Positions 56,848 to 64,000 of a stretch of DNA of 64,000 bases are shown in pieces. Both the position numbers and the translations under genes were made by a program. Below the pieces are notes generated by a model. The model made no database searches, was not told the origin of the DNA, and saw only the letters and a list, made by a program, of their open reading frames with translations. This stretch comes from Candidatus Omnitrophota bacterium (GTDB taxonomy: Bacteria; Omnitrophota; Omnitrophia; Omnitrophales; Aquincolibacteriaceae), in the NCBI GenBank assembly GCA_016196545.1, contig JACPXM010000016.1, forward strand, positions 13,266-77,265, read 5' to 3'. How positions within the stretch are numbered: the stretch's first letter is position 1; each line of letters begins with the position of its first letter.

Positions 56848-57606
56848 ATGTCGTCCATTTATAGTCAACTTAGCAAAAATCAGCTTAAAATTGAAAAAGA
56901 GCAGCCTTCGCTGCTTCCCACCGAACGACTGGATGAATATAAATTAACGGGTATTAAAACTGCCATTGCAGGAGCCTTTATTTTTTCCCTTTTAGGTCTT
57001 GCGGGAGCGGGCTATCTTTTTCAACGTCTCAATAGCGAGCAACGTGAGCGTCAGGCGCTTGAAGCGGTTTCTCAAGAATTCCGTTCACGGGCCGAAGTGG
57101 TTCAAGTGAAGGCGGCAGAACTCGAAACCATCGTGATGCAATACCGCCAGGAAATCGACGGGCTTAAAAATCAGCTTAAGTCAAGCGCTGCGGAAAGAAA
57201 TGAAATCAAACAAGCCCTTGAAAAAAGCAATCGCAGTTTAACCTCGCTTCAGAAAAAAATGGCGGACCTTGAAGCGCGAAGTCGCGCCATCGAAGATGAA
57301 ACGGCTTTTATTCGAACCTCCGCGGTTCCGGGAGCGGCGATGGAAGGCCGGAATGCCGCGCAGGCCCAAACCCCTAAGACGTTTCAAGTTTTGACGATCA
57401 ATCGCAAATTTAATTTTGTTGTAGTCAATGTGGGACTCAAGGACAAAGTTAAAATGGGAAGTATTCTTGAAATTCAGCGCGCGGGAAAGAAAATTGGAAA
57501 AGTTCAAGTGGAAAAAGTTTATGAAAATTTTTCCGCTGCGGCCGTTGTCGAGGAACCCAAAGACGCCCCCTTTAAGGAAGGCGACCTTGTCGGTAAAATT
57601 TCGTAG
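56848..57606 (+). CDS. membrane-anchored coiled-coil protein with a C-terminal beta-rich domain, function unknown
   Basis: 252 aa. TM helix AIAGAFIFSLLGLAGAGYLF, heptad region, and C-terminus FNFVVVNVGLKDKVKMGSILEIQRAGKKIGKVQV. Confidence 0.5.
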   Translation: MSSIYSQLSKNQLKIEKEQPSLLPTERLDEYKLTGIKTAIAGAFIFSLLGLAGAGYLFQRLNSEQRERQALEAVSQEFRSRAEVVQVKAAELETIVMQYRQEIDGLKNQLKSSAAERNEIKQALEKSNRSLTSLQKKMADLEARSRAIEDETAFIRTSAVPGAAMEGRNAAQAQTPKTFQVLTINRKFNFVVVNVGLKDKVKMGSILEIQRAGKKIGKVQVEKVYENFSAAAVVEEPKDAPFKEGDLVGKIS

Positions 57607-57811
57607 TTTTTTTTACGGGGTATCGTTTGTTTTTTTGATTTCCCTAGGAGTTTCATCGCCCGCCTTAGCCGAAGACAATACCGGCGTTAAACTTACCCAA
57701 ATCGATGAGCGTCTGACTAAGATGGAGCAGAATCAGAAACTAATTCTCGAAAAGTTTGAGGAAGTTTTTAAGGAACTTCAAGTCATCAAAGTTCGCGCCC
57801 ATCGCGGCTAA
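57587..57811 (+). CDS. small secreted coiled-coil protein
   Basis: TTG 57587 lies 5 nt after the SD AAGGAAGG. Signal peptide (M)SVKFRSFFYGVSFVFLISLGVSSPALA, then a 46-aa charged helix. The track ORF starts earlier, at 57428. Confidence 0.4.
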   Translation: MSVKFRSFFYGVSFVFLISLGVSSPALAEDNTGVKLTQIDERLTKMEQNQKLILEKFEEVFKELQVIKVRAHRG

Positions 57812-57823
57812 CGTTTAGCCCTC

Positions 57824-59125
57824 ATGCCGTCCCTGGTCCTGCAAGGTTCCTCTTCGTTTAAGGGGATTTATTGTCCTCCCGGAGACAAATCCATTTCCCA
57901 TCGCGCCGTAATGTTTGGTGCGCTTGCCGAAGGCGAAAGCCGCTTCACCCATTTTCTTGAAGCCGAAGACTGCCTTCATACCCTCCAGGCTTTTGAATCC
58001 ATGGGAATTAAGATCAATTTAAACCCAGGAAAAGGGGAATTGCAGATTCAGGGGGCGGGACTTCAGGGACTCCATGCTCCTAAAAGAGAAATTTATTTGG
58101 GGAATTCTGGTACTTCCATTCGTCTTCTACTTGGCATTTTGGCGGGGCAAAGATTTGAAGTGACCTTAACGGGGGATTCCTCCCTCTCCTCAAGGCCAAT
58201 GAAACGAGTCACAGAACCCCTCAAGAAAATGGGGGCCCAAATTAAGGGAAGGGATAACGGTAATTTTGCGCCGCTTACGATTCGCGGCGGAAATCTCAAA
58301 AGTATCACGTTTGATAATAAATTATCAAGCGCCCAGGTTAAATCTGCACTTCTCTTTGCCGGCCTATTTGCCGAAGGCGAGACTCGCATCCTAGAATCCC
58401 TTCCCTCCCGGGACCATCAGGAAAGATTTCTAAGGGCCAGCGGAGCAAACTTTCGCCGAGAAAAGAATGTCTTGGTGGTCGAGAAGACGGCTGCCTTAAC
58501 GCCCCTTTGTACTGAAATTCCGGGAGATTTTTCTTCGGCGGCTTTTTTTATCGCCGCGGCTTCTTTCACAAAAGGCTCGGATCTTTTGATCGATAAAGTA
58601 AGTCTTAATCCCACCCGAACGGGGATGCTTCAAGTGTTGCGTCGTATGGGCGCTTCCCTTGAAGTGGAAAAAACTCAGGAGTTGCCCGAACCCATTGGAA
58701 AAATCCGGGTGAGAGGTGCTTCTTTAAAAGGGGCACGCATTAGCCGGGATGAAATTCCCAGTCTGATTGACGAGCTTCCCATCCTAATGACCTTAATGGC
58801 GCTGGCGGAAGGGGAGAGCCTGATTTCTGGGGCCGAGGAGCTGAGGGTCAAAGAAACGGACCGAATCCTTTCAATGGTTACCAATCTCAATGAACTGGGA
58901 GGAAAGTTAAAGGAACTTCCAGATGGCTGCATGATCGAAGGTGTCAAAGGATTTCGAGGGGGAAAGGTAACAAGTTTTGGAGATCACCGTACGGCGATGT
59001 CTTTGGCTATTGCTTCTCTTCACGCTGAAAGTTCCGTGGAAATTGAGGATATTGACTGTGTGAAGACGTCCTTTCCCAGCTTTTTTGAAGATTTTGATCG
59101 TCTAAAAGCTCGACCTGAAAAATGA
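57824..59125 (+). CDS. aroA: 3-phosphoshikimate 1-carboxyvinyltransferase (EPSP synthase)
   Basis: 433 aa. Motifs PGDKSISHR, LGNSGTSIRLL and RVKETDR. Confidence 0.93.
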   Translation: MPSLVLQGSSSFKGIYCPPGDKSISHRAVMFGALAEGESRFTHFLEAEDCLHTLQAFESMGIKINLNPGKGELQIQGAGLQGLHAPKREIYLGNSGTSIRLLLGILAGQRFEVTLTGDSSLSSRPMKRVTEPLKKMGAQIKGRDNGNFAPLTIRGGNLKSITFDNKLSSAQVKSALLFAGLFAEGETRILESLPSRDHQERFLRASGANFRREKNVLVVEKTAALTPLCTEIPGDFSSAAFFIAAASFTKGSDLLIDKVSLNPTRTGMLQVLRRMGASLEVEKTQELPEPIGKIRVRGASLKGARISRDEIPSLIDELPILMTLMALAEGESLISGAEELRVKETDRILSMVTNLNELGGKLKELPDGCMIEGVKGFRGGKVTSFGDHRTAMSLAIASLHAESSVEIEDIDCVKTSFPSFFEDFDRLKARPEK

Positions 59126-59158
59126 CTTAAAATCAGTCAATTTTTGGCCAATTTATGT

Positions 59159-60281
<1,123 letters not shown>

Positions 60282-60309
60282 CTAAGGATTTAGGGTGAGG
60301 GGAAATTCA

Positions 60310-61113
60310 ATGCGTCCCCACCGGCCTTATTATTTTTTTGCTTTATTGGGTTTGCCCCTCTTATTTGTCCTTCAAAGCCCTGCCCTTCGCGAACCTCTGC
60401 GCGGTTACGCCTTAAGTGTCCTAAAACCAGCCCTTTTGACCTTTGACTCGGTCCGCGGATTTATCACGGACTCCGGAGATCAATTGATCTATTTCTGGTC
60501 CACTTTCCGAAATCAGGAGAAACATCAAAGGCGAATTGCAGAATTGGAATCGCAGCTTTTGAATACACAGGAAATGATGAAGGAAAATGACCGCCTGAAA
60601 AAGCTACTCGATTTTAAGCAATCTCTGCGCGACAAAGCAATGACAGCCCGCATCGTAGGATGGGATTCTACGCCTTGGAGAAAGGTCATTATTCTGGATA
60701 AAGGGAAAAAAAGCGGGATTCAAAAGGACTCCGCCGTCGTTGTGCCCGAAGGCTTAGCGGGAAAAATTCTTGATGTGGGACCGGAGATTTCACGAGCACT
60801 TTTACTCACAGATCCGGATTCACGGGTAAGCGTCTTAACCGATAAAACCCGATCGCAGGGAATGGTTACGGGACTTTCGGGCCCACTCCTATCGATGCGA
60901 TACCTTGAGTTGGAAAGCGGTGTTGAGGTTGGGGAAACCGTTTTAAGCTCTGGAGTGGGCGGTCTTATTCCCAAGGGTATTCGAATCGGAAAAATTATTG
61001 CGATTTCTAGATCTGAAGACGGGCTTCATTTAAATGCCTCTGTGGATCCCGCTGTAAAATTTTCTAAACTGGAAGAAGTTTTATGCCTCGAATCTTTTCG
61101 TTTAAAATCCTGA
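60310..61113 (+). CDS. mreC: rod shape-determining protein MreC
   Basis: N-terminal TM helix, a coiled segment (ENDRLKKLLDFK), and beta domains (VVPEGLAGKI). ATG 60310 with SD GAGGGG is preferred over GTG 60295. Confidence 0.85.
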   Translation: MRPHRPYYFFALLGLPLLFVLQSPALREPLRGYALSVLKPALLTFDSVRGFITDSGDQLIYFWSTFRNQEKHQRRIAELESQLLNTQEMMKENDRLKKLLDFKQSLRDKAMTARIVGWDSTPWRKVIILDKGKKSGIQKDSAVVVPEGLAGKILDVGPEISRALLLTDPDSRVSVLTDKTRSQGMVTGLSGPLLSMRYLELESGVEVGETVLSSGVGGLIPKGIRIGKIIAISRSEDGLHLNASVDPAVKFSKLEEVLCLESFRLKS

Positions 61114-61604
61114 TTTATCTTTTGTTTTGGCTCGTCTTTGATTTTTCCATTCGCCCCTCCTTGGGAGTTGGATATTTGAGGCCTGTTTTTCTTTATTTGA
61201 TGGTGATGTATGCGGCCTTTGAGTGGGGCTGGGAAAAAGCGCTGCCCTTGTCTTTAGTGGTGGGAGTGATGCGGGATCTCGTCGGAACAAACTATTTGGG
61301 GTCCGAGACCTTTGCGCTTTTTCTCACAAGCGGCGTCATGGTAATGGCCGCCCAGAAACTCGACCGGCATTCCCTTTTCATGCGCTTTTCCCTCACGGCA
61401 ATCTTTGTTTTTGCAGTGGAAATTATTAATCTTACGTTCGAGGCCCTTTTTTATGAAGGTGTTCAATTTCAGTGGAGAAGCCGAATTCTCGCGTGTGGGG
61501 GTTCGGCCTTGGCGTCGGCAGGTTTCGCTCCTTTTTTCTTTTATTTCACTTTCCGGTGGTTTGGCGAGAAATCGCCCCTTAAGCAATACGAGTTATTTGG
61601 TTAA
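61083..61604 (+). CDS. mreD: rod shape-determining protein MreD
   Basis: 173 aa, polytopic membrane protein in the canonical position after mreC. Confidence 0.7.
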   Translation: MPRIFSFKILIYLLFWLVFDFSIRPSLGVGYLRPVFLYLMVMYAAFEWGWEKALPLSLVVGVMRDLVGTNYLGSETFALFLTSGVMVMAAQKLDRHSLFMRFSLTAIFVFAVEIINLTFEALFYEGVQFQWRSRILACGGSALASAGFAPFFFYFTFRWFGEKSPLKQYELFG

Positions 61605-61607
61605 TCG

Positions 61608-63326
61608 ATGCGTTTTGCGATTTTTAGGATTTTTGTCTTTTCCTCTTTGACGCTGCTTGGCATCAGCTTGTTCCACACCCAGGTGGTGGGGGGGAGGCGT
61701 TACCGAAAGCTTAGCGAGCAAAATCGCATTCGTCTTATTCCGCTTGAATCGCCCCGGGGCCGTGTTTTTGACCGCGCAGGCAGGCTGCTTGCCACCAATC
61801 GGCCTTCTTACAATCTCGTTGCCACCCCTGAAGATATAACACCCCAGGTTTTTTCGCGGCTTGCCGGACTCTTAAGTGTTCCGGAAAAGGAAATCCGCAA
61901 ACGCATGAGTGAACCGCGGGAATATCCCTTTGCCCCTGCCGTCATTGCCGAGGATATTTCCCGCGAGTTGGTTTTTAAAATTGAGGAAAGAAAATCCGAC
62001 CTTCCGGGGGTCCGCATTCAGATTTCAGGAATCCGGTATTATCCTTATGAAGAAACTGGCTCTCATTTGATCGGTTATATTGGCAAAGTGAACCCGGAAG
62101 AATATAAAGTGCTTCCCCGGGAACGGTTTGGAATGAATTCACTCATCGGACGGGCGGGGATTGAAAAACTTTTCGATGAAAAACTTCGAGGCTGGCGGGG
62201 CGGTCGTCAAATTGAAGTCAATGCCCTCGGTGAAATGATTCAATTGATATCGGAAAAACCGCCAGAGGCGGGCAAGGACCTACGGCTGAGCATTGATCTT
62301 GAATTTCAAAAGGAAATTATGGAACTTATTCGGGGCAAACACGCAGCCGTCGCAGTGATGGACCTCAAAACAGAAGGGCTTATTGCACTTGCTAGCAATC
62401 CTAGTTATAATCCCAACTTTTTTGTTTCGCCGGGAAAGGGAAAAGAGAGAATGGATTATATTAAAAGCTCCCAAGCCCCGCTTCTCGACCGTGGAGTTAG
62501 TTCTGCTTATCCCCCGGGATCGGTCTTTAAACTTGTGACGGCGCTCGCGGCCCTTGAGCTTGGGAAGATTACTCCCAACACGCGATTTCACTGTAATTCG
62601 ACATTCCGATTAAAGCCAGGTGCGCGCCCTTTTCATTGCTGGTATGAAAAAGGGCATGGTAGCCTTAACCTTTATGAGGCCATCGAGCGCTCTTGCAACG
62701 TATTTTTTTATAATGTTGGATCGCGACTTTCTCCGGATGATATTGCAAAAATTTCGCGGGTGCTTGGTTTGGGGGAGTCTCTTTCCTTGGAAGCGACGCA
62801 TGTAAGTGCGGGTCTTGTTCCAGATTCGGAATGGAAAAGGACACGATTGAAAGAACCGTGGTATCAGGGCGAGACCTTAAGCTTTGCCATTGGACAGGGT
62901 TATCTTCTGACCTCCCCGGTTCAAATATTGCGTCTTGTCGGTATTCTTGCCAAAGAAGGAAAATGGGTGGAACCTCGACTTATACTCGACGGGCATGGGA
63001 GGATACCTAAGGTCTCAAAAATCGCGATCAAGTCTGAAAATTTAAAAGTCATTAAGCGGGCCATGCTGAATGTGGTGGAATCTGATTATGGAACCGGGCA
63101 GCTTGCCCGCGTTGATTTTGCCAAGCTGGCCGCTAAAACGGGAACCGCGCAAGTTCCTCCCAAGACGGCCCATAGTTGGATGACAGGATTTTTTCCGTAT
63201 GAAAATCCCGAAATAGCCTTTGTGGTTTTTGTCGAGCACGGTGGTTCGGGAGGCCTTACCTCGGCAAAAATTGTGAAATCAATGCTTCAAATTTGGAATA
63301 AAACGTATGCTCCTTCGGTGGTTTAA
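61608..63326 (+). CDS. mrdA: penicillin-binding protein 2 (elongasome transpeptidase)
   Basis: Motifs SxxK (GSVFKLVTALAALE), SCN (ERSCNVFF) and KTGTAQV. Confidence 0.9.
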   Translation: MRFAIFRIFVFSSLTLLGISLFHTQVVGGRRYRKLSEQNRIRLIPLESPRGRVFDRAGRLLATNRPSYNLVATPEDITPQVFSRLAGLLSVPEKEIRKRMSEPREYPFAPAVIAEDISRELVFKIEERKSDLPGVRIQISGIRYYPYEETGSHLIGYIGKVNPEEYKVLPRERFGMNSLIGRAGIEKLFDEKLRGWRGGRQIEVNALGEMIQLISEKPPEAGKDLRLSIDLEFQKEIMELIRGKHAAVAVMDLKTEGLIALASNPSYNPNFFVSPGKGKERMDYIKSSQAPLLDRGVSSAYPPGSVFKLVTALAALELGKITPNTRFHCNSTFRLKPGARPFHCWYEKGHGSLNLYEAIERSCNVFFYNVGSRLSPDDIAKISRVLGLGESLSLEATHVSAGLVPDSEWKRTRLKEPWYQGETLSFAIGQGYLLTSPVQILRLVGILAKEGKWVEPRLILDGHGRIPKVSKIAIKSENLKVIKRAMLNVVESDYGTGQLARVDFAKLAAKTGTAQVPPKTAHSWMTGFFPYENPEIAFVVFVEHGGSGGLTSAKIVKSMLQIWNKTYAPSVV

Positions 63327-64000
63327 AGATACTTATTGGCCGCTTGTGACGGCCTTTTTAGGGTTGATTATCGTGAGTCTTTTTTTTGTCTTTAGCGCCT
63401 CTTTGCATGATTCTGGAAATTACCAAGAAAAGCACGTCATTTGGCTGGCGATTTCCTTTGCGACGTTAATGCTCGTCCCTTTTTTGGGATACCGGACCTT
63501 CCTCTCCATTTCCTATCTTCTCTATGGGGTTTCCGTTTTGATGTTGCTTTGGGTTTTTGTAGCGGGCGAATCTCGGCTGGGTGCTCAACGATGGATTACC
63601 TTGGGTCCCTTGGTGCTGCAGCCTTCCGAGTTTGCCAAAATCTCTACGATTTTGGCCCTTGCTAATTTTTTGGGCTCTCATCCGATTTGGGAAAGGGCGG
63701 CAAAAGTTTTATTGACGGCCTCAGGCCTTGCCCTTTTACCCGTGCTTTTGATTATGAAACAGCCGGATTTGGGATCCGCCATTACTTTTTTCCCGGTGCT
63801 TGTTATCCTTTTATTTCTTTGGGGCATTCGTTACCGAATTTTACTTTTGGCCGTGGGCTCCGGGCTTTTGTTTCTTCCGCTTGCATGGAATTTTTTAAAA
63901 GAATATCAAAAAAAAAGGATTTTAGTTTTCCTGGATCCCCAGAGGGATCCGCTTGGGGCCGGTTATACGGCGCTTCAATCCAAAATCGCGGTAGGTTCGG
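63307..64000 (+). CDS. rodA: SEDS-family peptidoglycan polymerase RodA (5' part; runs off the window)
   Basis: Hand translation from ATG 63307 is open to the window end. Motifs LQPSEFAKI, KQPDLGSA and GYTALQSKIAVGS. Absent from the ORF track because there is no stop in the window. Confidence 0.85.
   Translation, partial: MLLRWFKDTYWPLVTAFLGLIIVSLFFVFSASLHDSGNYQEKHVIWLAISFATLMLVPFLGYRTFLSISYLLYGVSVLMLLWVFVAGESRLGAQRWITLGPLVLQPSEFAKISTILALANFLGSHPIWERAAKVLLTASGLALLPVLLIMKQPDLGSAITFFPVLVILLFLWGIRYRILLLAVGSGLLFLPLAWNFLKEYQKKRILVFLDPQRDPLGAGYTALQSKIAVGS

Noticed and set aside
63441-63681. ORFs 63441..63665 (+) and 63466..63681 (-)
   Set aside because: Both lie inside the rodA reading frame (63307 onward), which carries SEDS motifs and runs off the window.

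Overview
This is a 64-kb stretch of a bacterial chromosome, gene-dense and mostly on the + strand, with many 1-4 nt stop/start overlaps. The lineage cannot be assigned from sequence alone.

Gene order, start to end:
- A small polysaccharide module: two AlgJ/AlgX-like SGNH paralogs, a TagA-family glycosyltransferase and a WbaP-type priming transferase.
- A secreted LapG/BTLCP-like protease, preceded on the minus strand by what reads as a c-di-GMP-I riboswitch.
- ribBA-ribH-nusB-ribD-ribE.
- A corrinoid-flavoured cluster: BtuF-like, divergent CobS-like, CbiX and a 2Fe-2S ferredoxin.
- An L7/L12-CTD-like coiled-coil protein followed by a DUF151 nuclease.
- trxB and a TlpA-like redoxin.
- rplU-rpmA-obg-proB-proA-nadD.
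- Two DUF21-CBS genes.
- A three-gene ParA-like module whose ATPase carries a C-terminal AMPK-beta/CBM48 glycogen-binding domain.
- A truncated dcw cluster (mraZ, a STAS gene, rsmH, ftsL, ftsI) with a readable promoter and MraZ operator.
- gshB/gshA and tRNA-Pro.
- An RRM protein, a DEAD-box helicase and Hsp20.
- A SpoU-family methyltransferase, acyP, a phosphoesterase, ligA and xerD.
- tRNA-Glu.
- A near-complete purine operon, purB-C-S-Q-L-F-M-D-E, with a frameshifted purC.
- A Sua5::LMW-phosphatase fusion, then rpiB and glyA.
- nrdR, a SWIB-domain gene and aroA.
- mreBCD-mrdA-rodA.

No CRISPR array, IS element, prophage or recognisable defence system was seen.

The two strongest leads are the riboswitch-plus-protease unit (4821-5626) and the ParA-CBM48 positioning-like module (25394-27724).

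Protein family calls come from motifs read by eye and recalled family consensus, not from searches. Coordinates of non-coding features were hand-counted against ORF anchors and may be off by 1-2 nt.
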